Below the pieces are notes generated by a model that worked only from the letters and a program-made list of their open reading frames with translations, was not told the DNA's origin and did not search any database. Positions 9,301 to 18,460 of a stretch of 51,771 nt of DNA are shown piece after piece. Made by a program: the position numbers and the translations under genes. The stretch comes from a virus (taxonomy: Duplodnaviria > Caudoviricetes), in the IMG/VR virus record IMGVR_UViG_3300025671_000094, positions 1-51,771 of that record. One strand, 5' to 3'. Positions within the stretch are counted from its first letter, which is position 1. Each line of letters opens with the position of its first letter.

Positions 9301-10130
9301 ATCTCAAATCCTAATCCTTCAAAGAAGTCTTCAGCTGTTTCAATTTCAGAGCTACTATCTGGATCCTGTTCATTTAAAGCAAGCTTGTCCTTAATATCTT
9401 GCTCACCTTTAAATACTTCTAACAAAGTAACAGCTAGCGCATTGCCTCCAGTATTTGTAAACTGCCTACTCTCAGGGTCTATTACCCCAGCTTTAATCAT
9501 TTCTTGTTGAAACTCAATTGCAACAGGATCATTTGATTGAAGCGCGGGTAAACCCTGCCGATTGAGCGCAGCCTGCAAGCGAACCCCTGTATTGCTAATA
9601 TTATTAAATACAGATTTATTAGTTCCTTGTGCTGGGAATTGGCTTTGTAAAGCTTCGCCTGTTTCAAAAGAGTAGTCTAATGTAGGCGGCGTATACTGAT
9701 TACTAAACTCTTCATCTTGCGCAGCCACTACTTCTGCTGTACCTATGCTCGGCGGTATTAGCTGACCTTCTGGCGTACGCATTGGAGTTTGTTGTATTTC
9801 TTCTGCATAAGGAGTTAACGAGCTAGTTGCCCGCATTGCTTGTCCTACTTGCTCTCTTGTGCTTGGTGCAGCTAATGCAAGATCGCCTTCTGGTCCTACA
9901 TTATAACCGCCTACCATTCGTTCTTGCAAATCTTCGGTAGGTAAATTAATATTTAAATCTTCAGTAGGATCTACTCTTGGGCCTGATTCAAGCGCAAGTT
10001 GATCTAGCTGTGCATCTGTTAACTCTGCACCTGGAGTTGCTTGAGCGCGTTTCCTTGCTTCAAGTTCTACTTTTAGTTTATCGTCAATGCCCCCACGTTG
10101 TAGTGCAAGCGCGGCTCTTCCTTTTGCCAT
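6333..10130 (-). CDS. divergent single-subunit RNA polymerase, probably virion-encapsidated (ejection block)
   Basis: In order: FYFPVAYASSNERY (DxxGR region), motif A KADGRQSGMAIQA, motif B KMLSRTPLMEHSYG, LVIQAIDAAIM, motif C FIHDA; lies at the end of the internal virion protein block. Confidence 0.78.
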   Translation of the reverse strand: MAKGRAALALQRGGIDDKLKVELEARKRAQATPGAELTDAQLDQLALESGPRVDPTEDLNINLPTEDLQERMVGGYNVGPEGDLALAAPSTREQVGQAMRATSSLTPYAEEIQQTPMRTPEGQLIPPSIGTAEVVAAQDEEFSNQYTPPTLDYSFETGEALQSQFPAQGTNKSVFNNISNTGVRLQAALNRQGLPALQSNDPVAIEFQQEMIKAGVIDPESRQFTNTGGNALAVTLLEVFKGEQDIKDKLALNEQDPDSSSEIETAEDFFEGLGFEIDEEGAVPLSVKTEINPEYQRGQLANSLVNKLSPNPQQLPSGAMAGFGGVELSPRVRAFADTILWSAIQDMGFIEPITIDNRKTYRMSQSGLTFYNSAREVLVDLNPGNVRKPSLSPQIEGVGLHHYLAQGFKKVGNAAIKSRRANDDSVQRKVLDIMGRMGNALDKTTTNIMKVMINSVVNFNIAPNGKITLLAPSVGDPTRGFATFNGQIDNRLFSTLPAAKALGLDESKWMEHYTKALLRVDDETAKAEANAIMAMKARKLARNYVAAEEFQDKVFYFPVAYASSNERYMYRNIVLNPQDDKIVRNILRSPRKTVVDVSKTTLDSEIMQDFLYSLGEALLTTDDVLYYTGKRLAPKNMTMREITKVMQIAVTQEPKNDSPYTRWLRNGYRWKAMSQSNPKLIKFDNDMKAFDDPESWGDQVRAYIDFANYHTAKLNNKRTGASDIRRQYPGAEISESKYYIPQADESPESERLTQMLEDAKLSGDPDAIQQAEQQIAAQLGLIRKPIEETASTRFEITVGAKADGRQSGMAIQAAQRRDIDLSKKVGIIFNDEENVIPEGDIRAKFNANFKAEAITGAAFVGQRELKKDFWGDEVIKLLDSQNDKSTLEKMLSRTPLMEHSYGKSAKFNYETVMKILNSTGFGQQVLELAKYSRIEGYAATAEDPNGYRGLVEDFNSLIRNALTATLDNIDHQKVLQDVGIGWALLGGETPRFYGPLGNVVFIGGKERVGTGEMINVPLPDFPEGYPIELKKTRSSGSLRPARTSKQFDIETLKNVKRNPDPYGYQVRYQLPVLVIQAIDAAIMARSILEVNENKKEPKWGYFIHDAIVSDVRGIRDYRGAYNRNFKKIAINPNGMGHNAFQGVYEALQDGLRSHVKNLLSPEAPTSYILNQSNEYKALHDQLATLDAKRAAGRGLNEFEAKWYSIAKANGWKGSNSIVTKSQLAAIIKGYLASYAIASRLNGIAKLDKEVEDRYLSQIPKDISNM

Positions 10131-10146
10131 TTTAATCTCCTAGTTA

Positions 10147-10170
10147 GGGAGATGCCCGTAAGCACCTCCC
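10147..10170 (-). promoter_or_regulatory. stable RNA hairpin with UACG loop just upstream of the putative vRNAP RBS
   Basis: Minus strand GGGAGGTGCT-TACG-GGCATCTCCC, with no U-tract. Confidence 0.55.
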
Positions 10171-10178
10171 GTAGTTAA

Positions 10179-13100
10179 TTAAGATAATAGATCCATTAAT
10201 TCTTTTAAATATGAATCTTTATAGTTTAATGATGCTGCTGGACTTCTCATATGGAGGATATCAGTAGCGGCATCTCGTACTCTATTGATTGAGCTAGTAA
10301 CAGGTACTGTGCTCAAAACACTTTTTGCTGCGCCTTCAGTATTACCTTCTAACAGCTGACCGGCACCTTTAACTACTTTCTGTATATTCCTAGATGAAGG
10401 TCCAGTGTCACCGCCTAAAGTAGATAGCAACCAATTACTCCTATCTGGATACAGCGGAGCTACTAAATCTATAGCACGTTCGTATTGGCCTAATACACCC
10501 GAAGAATATAATGCACGCTGAATATACCCTGGACCATCCAAATATGGGCTTGGCTTTCCAAACTTTATTTCATCCTTAATATACTGACTTGCACCGCCAA
10601 GAACCATCATCATAACGATTAACACAAAGGTGTCATACTTTACTTGTAATGTACCCTTTGCTAATTGATTACGATACAATTGAGGTATTACTACTGAAGT
10701 AAAAGTAGAAATAAAACCATTGAATTGAGTAAACAATTGGTAATGCGGATCTTGGAAAAACAAAGGTCTATTGCTTGATTGAGGATTTTGGATACGTTCA
10801 TTTACAAAATTATAAATTGCAGTATCCATTTGATCTTTAATAAAGTCATCTAGGTTTTGTGCATCTTGAAACAATTCTCTTTTGGAAGTATTTGCAATAT
10901 CACTATTAGCAACCGCAGCATTTAACGCTCGTTGTCTAAGTGGCATATCACCTACTTGTTCATAGTAAGGGTCTTCAGCCTCTCCTTCAATTGCAAATAA
11001 AGAGTCACGATATATTTCCTCTGACAAGGCATAGGCTTCGTAAAGACCTTCTACATCAATACCTAAGTTTGAAAGATATGTATACGCTCTTTGTTCTTCT
11101 GAATTAAATTCATCAAAGTCAAAACCTAATTCAACTTTGCCTGATTCTAAAGCAGCACGTTCAATTGCTTCAGTATCTCCAGGAAGTTCTGTGCTAAATG
11201 GATTTAATTCTTCACGTTGTATACCATAATCTTTTCTTGGTGCATTTAATAATGTTTGCATATGTGATCTAACAAAATCTATAGCAAAGGTAGCATTTAT
11301 TCTACGTTGAAATTGAGTAAAAGTAGTCAACCCAATTACACTAAAGAAAGCTTCATGGGCTCTTAAAAATGCAATATCTTTTTCGCCACTCGCTAGCCTA
11401 TCAATTGCTGAACTTTGTTGTGCAGTTAATCCTGTTCTCTCTAAGTAAACTTTAGAACGTTTAACTTCTTCTGCTAAAAATTTACTATATGCACCACCGA
11501 GTTGTTTAAATAAAGTATCAGTTGCTTGTTTAAATAAAGCATCATCATTTACTTTAAAGTATATCATAACAGTTTCAGGTAATGAAGCCGCTGCAGATAG
11601 TGTTAACCCTGCAAAGATAGACCAGTTAGTAAGTATGCTATTTAACTTTGCTAGCATAGGATTTTTAACTCTGTTAAAGTTACCATGCTCGCTATTAATC
11701 ATTGAAATAACATAATAAGCTAGTTTATCTATTTGAGTTTCAGTAAGACCATCGGGTAGTTCGGCTTGCTCTGCACGTAATTCATTAAATAACTGCGTTA
11801 ACTTACGTCCATTATGACCAAAGTATTGTGTTGAAGAAGAATATTTAGCTGCTTCGCGTTGAGAGCGATGCAATTGCTCAAATAAATTATCGCTAGCCCA
11901 TTGAGCAAAGCCATCAGGATCTTCAATACTAATACGCCGAGTGCGTTCATTAAAAGTCCAGGGTACCCAAGGCTGAGTGCCGCTAACTAATGAATACTCT
12001 TCTCCAAAAGTTGCTTCCCCTCGAAGAGTAATGCTTTCAAACAACTGTTCTAATTGAATTTCATCTGTGCCTAAACCGTTTTTCTTTGCCCAACGCATAA
12101 AACCTTTTTTATCTGATTTTACTTTTTTCCAATCAAAACCATCGAACTTATACCAATACCCAGGAATATAGTCTAGCGCTTTTGCTCCCGTTTCTTCAGT
12201 GTAAGCAGTATTAATCTCATTATGAATTGCTCGATAGGCATCATCAAGTTCTTTTGCAGCTTGATAATAAGTCAATGCTTGTGCTTCAGTATAATCTAAA
12301 TCACCTTTAAAGTCTGCCCATATTATTTTAGAGTCTTGTCCAGGCACAACAACTTCATTTCTTTTAGCTTCAAGATAAGCAGCAACAGCTTCCATGCCTC
12401 CTGCTTTTCCGAATGCTTTAAGTATTTTAGATACCTTAATAGTATTCCTAACATTTGTTCTTGCTTTAGGATTAAATAAAACATTTTTAATCATCTGTGA
12501 CTGATTAACCATTCTGCGCAAACGACCTTCAATTTTATCTTTAGCTGCGCGATGGTTGTCTCCACTAAAGAAACGACCAAATGTAGTCATACCTACTCTT
12601 GACATAATGTCTAAGCCAATTTTACTTTTAACAAGATCAACAGCTTCTATAGCCGCTTTTTCTGCTCCGCGTAATAAATTTAAAACGCCTACTGCAGCAG
12701 TGCCTGCATATTCTTTCAACTCTGTATTAGCAGTAAACCATTTTTTAACACCAACAAAAGCGCTTTTGTAACGATCATGCATTGTTTGAACCGTGTCTTC
12801 TGCAGTGTTTACAGTTTCTTGTTTAACAGCTTTATCTTGCCTAGCTACTTTACTTTGAGCAGCATCTAAAAATAATTGTGCTTCAACCGCACCATACTTT
12901 TCTTTAATTACTTCTGCTTGTAACTTAGCTCTTTCTAAAGTAGGATCTTGGATTGCTGAATCAATAGCATCGTTTACTAACTGCCGAGTTAAATCTTGAT
13001 CAATTGAATTTTTAAACTTATTAACTGTGTTATTAATATACGCTGCATCTTCTTCCTGCGGAGATACTAAACTTAAATTGCTAGCTGTTTGTCTTGCAGT

Positions 13101-14786
13101 AACTTTTGCCCGATCATCAGCTACCTTAATATTATCTTTAACGCTAGGGATAATCTCGCCTGCAGCCTCTCGCTTAACTCTTTCTGCTTCTACTGGTTCT
13201 AACTTATTAATATCCGCTTTATCAGTTTTATCTTTGCGAGCCATATAATTTTTTAATTGACTACGACCACTAGCTACTCCTGAAAAAGTACCGCCAATGG
13301 CTCCACCTGCAATACCTGCATTAATTAATCGATGTTTAATATCATCAGCACTATATACTTTATCCGAAAATCCAGCAGCAGTAGCCATCTGAATTGATTC
13401 TTGAAGTATTTCAGTAATTGATTCAACTGCTGCACCGCGAGCAGAAGCCTTTCCTACTTGAGCAAGTGAAATCCTAGCAAGCATTTCAGGATCTAAAGCA
13501 CCTGCTGCTTTCAATAAACGTGTTTGCTCAGATCTAACTGCATTAGTTAGTATCTTCTCAGCCTCTAGCTGTGTTAAGGGTTTTAGTCTCACCCCTTTTT
13601 TAGTTATACCAGCGGCTACCTGTTTAGCTCGCTGCTCAACTAATGCTTGAGCACCTTTTTGAATTCCTTCTTTAGACAACAAAGATGTTTTTGGTATAAG
13701 CTTACTTAAACCAAAACGTTCTACGACTGACATAGATACGCCGCCAGCTGTAGCTGCAGCCCACTGTGCTGCTCCTTTTTCGCCTTCCATTTCATTCCAG
13801 ATTTGTCCTGAAAAGATAAGCGAGTTAGGGAGCGCAGTAGCACCTAATGCTACCATGCCTGCACCTGCTGCACCAATGAATGGTGTTGCGACTAACATTG
13901 TAGGAGCAGCTAATGCTAGTCCTGCGATTGAAGTTGCAAAGTAAGGAGCTGCCATTGCCGTATTATTCATAACATATTGGAAGCCATCAAATACATTGTT
14001 TACTTCTCGATAGTCTAATAATACTTCCGGTGCTTCTCGCATATTTGCACGAGCACGAGCCACCCCTTGTTCCCCAAGGTTTTCTAACATTTCAATGCCA
14101 GTGACTTGGCCTGTGGCATCCATATAGCCGTACCAGCCTTCTTTAATTCCCTGCCAAGATTGCCCTAATGAACTACCTGCTTGACTAAAGAATCCAATTT
14201 GTTCGTTATCTAAATTACGATCATGGTCTCTGAATGCAACTGAAGAATGATAATCCGGAGAATAATTAGCTTCATTTAATGCGGTGGATTTAAATCGCAA
14301 ACCACCCTTATCAAACTCTTCTTTTACTTTATCTCCAAGCAACTCATAATCAGTTGCTTCGCCCGTAAGCTGACGTCTTGCCCTAGCTGCTTCCAGATTT
14401 GCTAAATCAGAGGCTGCAGTAAAAGCGTTAGGCTCTGCAATTCCAGCAGCAATAAGCGTTTCATCAAGGTCTTCGCCTTCATTGTTAGTGCGCCGAATAA
14501 TAGTACGCCCATACTTATCCACACCTTTTTCTTCGATGTTATAAAATTTACCCTTACGAATAACTTCTTCAACAGCTTCGCTTTGCGCAGCAGCGCCAAG
14601 CTGAGGAGGAGCAACATACTCCTCCCCGTACTTATCTTTCTTTACTGTTGCAATTTCACGCGTATTAGATCCTTCACGGCGATAACGATTACCCGTAGCA
14701 TCAACTTCAGTATCTCCATCGATAATGCGATTAAAGCCGCCTTTACCATCAGGTATTAGCCGTTCTTTCTTTTCGTCATCAGCCAT
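10179..14786 (-). CDS. large internal virion (ejection) protein with N-terminal SNase-like domain
   Basis: 1535 aa with Ala/Gly-rich hydrophobic segments; N-terminal IIDGDT...RE...DKYGR...LIAAGIA; position in the ejection block. Confidence 0.72.
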   Translation of the reverse strand: MADDEKKERLIPDGKGGFNRIIDGDTEVDATGNRYRREGSNTREIATVKKDKYGEEYVAPPQLGAAAQSEAVEEVIRKGKFYNIEEKGVDKYGRTIIRRTNNEGEDLDETLIAAGIAEPNAFTAASDLANLEAARARRQLTGEATDYELLGDKVKEEFDKGGLRFKSTALNEANYSPDYHSSVAFRDHDRNLDNEQIGFFSQAGSSLGQSWQGIKEGWYGYMDATGQVTGIEMLENLGEQGVARARANMREAPEVLLDYREVNNVFDGFQYVMNNTAMAAPYFATSIAGLALAAPTMLVATPFIGAAGAGMVALGATALPNSLIFSGQIWNEMEGEKGAAQWAAATAGGVSMSVVERFGLSKLIPKTSLLSKEGIQKGAQALVEQRAKQVAAGITKKGVRLKPLTQLEAEKILTNAVRSEQTRLLKAAGALDPEMLARISLAQVGKASARGAAVESITEILQESIQMATAAGFSDKVYSADDIKHRLINAGIAGGAIGGTFSGVASGRSQLKNYMARKDKTDKADINKLEPVEAERVKREAAGEIIPSVKDNIKVADDRAKVTARQTASNLSLVSPQEEDAAYINNTVNKFKNSIDQDLTRQLVNDAIDSAIQDPTLERAKLQAEVIKEKYGAVEAQLFLDAAQSKVARQDKAVKQETVNTAEDTVQTMHDRYKSAFVGVKKWFTANTELKEYAGTAAVGVLNLLRGAEKAAIEAVDLVKSKIGLDIMSRVGMTTFGRFFSGDNHRAAKDKIEGRLRRMVNQSQMIKNVLFNPKARTNVRNTIKVSKILKAFGKAGGMEAVAAYLEAKRNEVVVPGQDSKIIWADFKGDLDYTEAQALTYYQAAKELDDAYRAIHNEINTAYTEETGAKALDYIPGYWYKFDGFDWKKVKSDKKGFMRWAKKNGLGTDEIQLEQLFESITLRGEATFGEEYSLVSGTQPWVPWTFNERTRRISIEDPDGFAQWASDNLFEQLHRSQREAAKYSSSTQYFGHNGRKLTQLFNELRAEQAELPDGLTETQIDKLAYYVISMINSEHGNFNRVKNPMLAKLNSILTNWSIFAGLTLSAAASLPETVMIYFKVNDDALFKQATDTLFKQLGGAYSKFLAEEVKRSKVYLERTGLTAQQSSAIDRLASGEKDIAFLRAHEAFFSVIGLTTFTQFQRRINATFAIDFVRSHMQTLLNAPRKDYGIQREELNPFSTELPGDTEAIERAALESGKVELGFDFDEFNSEEQRAYTYLSNLGIDVEGLYEAYALSEEIYRDSLFAIEGEAEDPYYEQVGDMPLRQRALNAAVANSDIANTSKRELFQDAQNLDDFIKDQMDTAIYNFVNERIQNPQSSNRPLFFQDPHYQLFTQFNGFISTFTSVVIPQLYRNQLAKGTLQVKYDTFVLIVMMMVLGGASQYIKDEIKFGKPSPYLDGPGYIQRALYSSGVLGQYERAIDLVAPLYPDRSNWLLSTLGGDTGPSSRNIQKVVKGAGQLLEGNTEGAAKSVLSTVPVTSSINRVRDAATDILHMRSPAASLNYKDSYLKELMDLLS

Positions 14787-14797
14787 TGATCACTCCT

Positions 14798-17395
14798 TTA
14801 ATTGTCATTAAACAATTGTTCTGCTGTAGGATTATTTGCATAGATTTGAGACATCCACCAAGTAAATGCTGTATGTCCATCAGTACGCTCTTTATCTTCA
14901 AAGCTACCCATATTATAATCGGGGTCTTTTCTTTTACGCTCAAGTATTTTATTCCACTTGTTATTCATTGCTTTAAATTCTACTTTAGCATCGGTCTTAC
15001 TTTGATTTACTTCTTGTTGAACTGTATTCATAAGATCTGCAAGCTTGTAGGGATCTGCACCTTCTACATATTTCATATTAAGGCCTGGATTATCTACTGC
15101 AATTCTTTCTTGACGATAAAAATATAATAATGAATTAACAGGGTCTCTACCACCAAAACTAGTATCATCTTTTTTAAACTGAAGATTAGCATCAGCGTAT
15201 TTATCAAGCGCTCTTCGCATTGCTGTTTTAATTCTTCCTTGATTTGAAGTATCAGCAGCTTCTTTGGCAATATCTTCCATTACCAAGTCTCTAGCAGCGC
15301 CACCTAAAGAAGTTAAAGGTACTAATTGATTTTCTTCTTTTACACCTTTATTTACTCGCTCAAAGGCTTGCTTTGCTGCAGAATCGAATGATTTAGCAAG
15401 TTCAATTGGTGAATTTTCAGGTATTACCTTTTTCGCACCAATAGATGCAGCATTAACCCTTTCAAGTTTACCATTAACTTTAACAGTAAGCATAGGTACG
15501 CCATCTACATCTACTGCAGCTTGCATACCTGTCATTCCTGGAACTATATAATAATCTCCGGGGACTACTTTCTTTACTGTACCGCCTTTATCTTCAAGCA
15601 CACCAATGTCACCTGTCTCTAGATATAGCTTAAGAGACTTTGCAGTATAGTTTTTAAGATTATCTTTATTAGTAATAAACTCTTTTCTTGCAGCTAAATC
15701 AGAATCAATCCGCTTAACATAATTTTTCATTGAGTAGTTAAGTGAGTCACCATGATTATAACCCATAATGCGAGAGCCTGCATAAGTAATAAACATTCTA
15801 GCAATTTCAGGTCCACTAAACATACTGGAAAAGGTATCTTTAAACCAGCCACCAACTTCATTAGTTACTTCATCAAACTTAGATTTAGCTTCAGGATCCT
15901 TAGGCAAAGAATTAATAAGCTGATTAATCCCTGCTTCACCCTCAAGAGTAATCTCATTAACGGGGCCAAGCTGTTGCATAACCATTCCAGCAGCATTTTT
16001 CTTTTGCGTTGTTTCTGTAGTATCTTCTGGTTTAGGCGGTACTTTATCTGCTTCAGGTACTGGAACTAACTCCTTTTCTAATTCCGACTTTCTAGCTTTT
16101 AAAGCATCAGCAAGTACAGTATTACCTGCTGCTTTTGCCGCCAAAATCTCTGCATCTATATTAGCTATATTAGATTCGATAGGTGCATTACTAGTAGTTG
16201 CAGATTGAATTGCTTGTTCTTTCTTATATTTTTGATTAGCTTCATTTTGTTTAACTGCTTGATTGTATTCAGCCATACGCCGATCATACATTTCACGATC
16301 ACCATTTTTAGCAAACGTTTCTGCAATTTGTTTAGGTATATCTTTAGAGATGCGATTAGGGTTTACTGCCTGTGGACGCCCTTTATTATCTAGAATAATA
16401 TCCTCAGAATAAGGTGATGTTACTGGTGGAATATTATCTATAACAGGGACACCCATACCCGCAGCTTGTGCAGCTGCATCAGGTAAATACTGACCAGAGC
16501 CTTGTCCACCTGTAGGTACAGGCGGCAATGTAGCTGCATTAGCAGAAAACATTCCTGATTCAATATCTGATTGAGTTAAATCTGAAGGAGTTACACCTCT
16601 ATCAATTAACTCTTGAGGGAAAACTTCTGCATTATTAACCTTACCAGCATAAGCTTGACCACGAGGTCCAAGTGCTTCTGTTCCCTCTTTAGCCTTACGA
16701 ACATTACCTACACCCGAATGATAAGCAGTAATTACTTCATCTTCAGTAAAGTCTGGATTAGCTGCTGCGATACCCATAAGATATTGTCTAGCAAACTCAC
16801 GAGACTTAACCGGATCACGAATATCTTCTGCTGCTAGCGGTGTTACGCCATAGCCAGGCTGCGCTGCTGTAGCAGGCATGATTTGATATTGACCCATAGC
16901 ACCTGCTTCAGAGGTAGCATTAGGATCACCACCGGATTCTATTCTGCGTATGCGATCTAATAAACTATTAGTAACAAAATCACCAGCAGCCGAGTACATA
17001 GGTCCACCATCTCTATCACCAAGCCGTTGACCAAGACTATTTAACATCCCATCATAACGAGGTACTTCCATTCCACCAGCAGCATAAGTAGGAATAGGTC
17101 CACCCTGTGCCTGTTGAATAGCACGACCTTGCTCATTCATTTCATCAATCTTTTCTTGATTACCAGGAAGACGAGATGCTTCAGCGTTAACAACATTTTC
17201 TCCAGGGGTTAACCATGCAGGGACTGTATCAGTTCCTTTAGGATTCCCCGGATGATTACTGGTATCTGCACCGTTATAACCATTAGGCATATCGGGAATC
17301 ATCATCATCATAGGTACGTTTTGGTCTTCAAACAATTCGAGAGAAAACATATTACCATAACGGTCTTTTTGAGTAATGCTTTTTATGTTATGCAT
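14798..17395 (-). CDS. internal virion protein with lytic transglycosylase (SLT) domain
   Basis: IESGGDPNATS, GAMGQYQIMPATA and AYHSGVGNV SLT motifs; GTDTVPAWLTPGE motif. Confidence 0.85.
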   Translation of the reverse strand: MHNIKSITQKDRYGNMFSLELFEDQNVPMMMMIPDMPNGYNGADTSNHPGNPKGTDTVPAWLTPGENVVNAEASRLPGNQEKIDEMNEQGRAIQQAQGGPIPTYAAGGMEVPRYDGMLNSLGQRLGDRDGGPMYSAAGDFVTNSLLDRIRRIESGGDPNATSEAGAMGQYQIMPATAAQPGYGVTPLAAEDIRDPVKSREFARQYLMGIAAANPDFTEDEVITAYHSGVGNVRKAKEGTEALGPRGQAYAGKVNNAEVFPQELIDRGVTPSDLTQSDIESGMFSANAATLPPVPTGGQGSGQYLPDAAAQAAGMGVPVIDNIPPVTSPYSEDIILDNKGRPQAVNPNRISKDIPKQIAETFAKNGDREMYDRRMAEYNQAVKQNEANQKYKKEQAIQSATTSNAPIESNIANIDAEILAAKAAGNTVLADALKARKSELEKELVPVPEADKVPPKPEDTTETTQKKNAAGMVMQQLGPVNEITLEGEAGINQLINSLPKDPEAKSKFDEVTNEVGGWFKDTFSSMFSGPEIARMFITYAGSRIMGYNHGDSLNYSMKNYVKRIDSDLAARKEFITNKDNLKNYTAKSLKLYLETGDIGVLEDKGGTVKKVVPGDYYIVPGMTGMQAAVDVDGVPMLTVKVNGKLERVNAASIGAKKVIPENSPIELAKSFDSAAKQAFERVNKGVKEENQLVPLTSLGGAARDLVMEDIAKEAADTSNQGRIKTAMRRALDKYADANLQFKKDDTSFGGRDPVNSLLYFYRQERIAVDNPGLNMKYVEGADPYKLADLMNTVQQEVNQSKTDAKVEFKAMNNKWNKILERKRKDPDYNMGSFEDKERTDGHTAFTWWMSQIYANNPTAEQLFNDN

Positions 17396-18459
17396 TATTT
17401 CCCTCCTACTGAATTAACGTAACCACCTTGTGAGGCATAAATTCGACCTCCCATTGAACGAAAACTATCGTTACCACCATCTATACCACCACCTCCGGAA
17501 TTTGCACCGTCAGTTCCACTTCCACTATCTGAATCACCATCGCCATAACCACCACCGCCAGAGCCGCCGCCCATGCCATCATCGTTATTTCCGTAACCTC
17601 CATCTCCGCTAACAGAATTGTTGTTATCATTAGAAATCTCTTCAATTGCTGCTTCAAGGTCTGCTTTAAAGTTAGTTGCTGGCGTAGACTTAGTTACTTC
17701 TGGGCTAACTGTAGTTGGCATAGGATTAGATACAACTGTTATATTAGCAACTGGCGGTGAATAGTCGCCTGGGATAGCGCCCATAGTAGGATTAGTGTCA
17801 TCAATCCCATAGTCACCAACTGATGCATACTCATCTGCTAATGGATTAATACCTGTTTGAACTGCTACATGTCCGGGCAAAGCATTTTGTGCTGGACTAT
17901 AATCAGAAAAATCATAAATGGCGTCATACAACTGAGCATCCATAAAAGGATTAACTTTATCTATTACTTGTTGATTTGACATGCCTGCCATTAAGCTATC
18001 GGCTATTGCAGTTGCTGCAGTACCAAGCACTGGATTTGAAGCGGCGCTAAGCGCTTGGCCTAGCGCTGTTTTTGCTGCTACTTTGGCAGGTTGATTAGCT
18101 GCTGCTGTTGTTTTATTTGAAATATAGTTAAGGCCTTCGTTTATAAACCCACCTATTTCCTTATCGTCCATTAGCATACCTTGGTTAGCATACATAGGTG
18201 GGATTGCGCCGCCATGTGAAAATCCACCGCCTTCACCGTCTCCTTCAGAGTTATCATCGCTAGGGTGGTATCGCTGGACAGGCTCTTCTACTGGTGCTAC
18301 ATACTCTGGCACTTCATAATCAGAAAAATCAACATAGTTAGTAGTTAAAGGACCAACTGGTATTGGCGCATAATTAAATAAACCTTCAAAGTTACTATTA
18401 AGATAACCGAAAGGATTAGGTATTGCCTCTGTATTAGGCTTTCTTATAAACCCAGCCAT
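17395..18459 (-). CDS. acidic Gly/Asp-rich putative internal virion protein
   Basis: Low-complexity composition; translationally coupled within the ejection block. Confidence 0.55.
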   Translation of the reverse strand: MAGFIRKPNTEAIPNPFGYLNSNFEGLFNYAPIPVGPLTTNYVDFSDYEVPEYVAPVEEPVQRYHPSDDNSEGDGEGGGFSHGGAIPPMYANQGMLMDDKEIGGFINEGLNYISNKTTAAANQPAKVAAKTALGQALSAASNPVLGTAATAIADSLMAGMSNQQVIDKVNPFMDAQLYDAIYDFSDYSPAQNALPGHVAVQTGINPLADEYASVGDYGIDDTNPTMGAIPGDYSPPVANITVVSNPMPTTVSPEVTKSTPATNFKADLEAAIEEISNDNNNSVSGDGGYGNNDDGMGGGSGGGGYGDGDSDSGSGTDGANSGGGGIDGGNDSFRSMGGRIYASQGGYVNSVGGK

Positions 18460-18460
18460 A

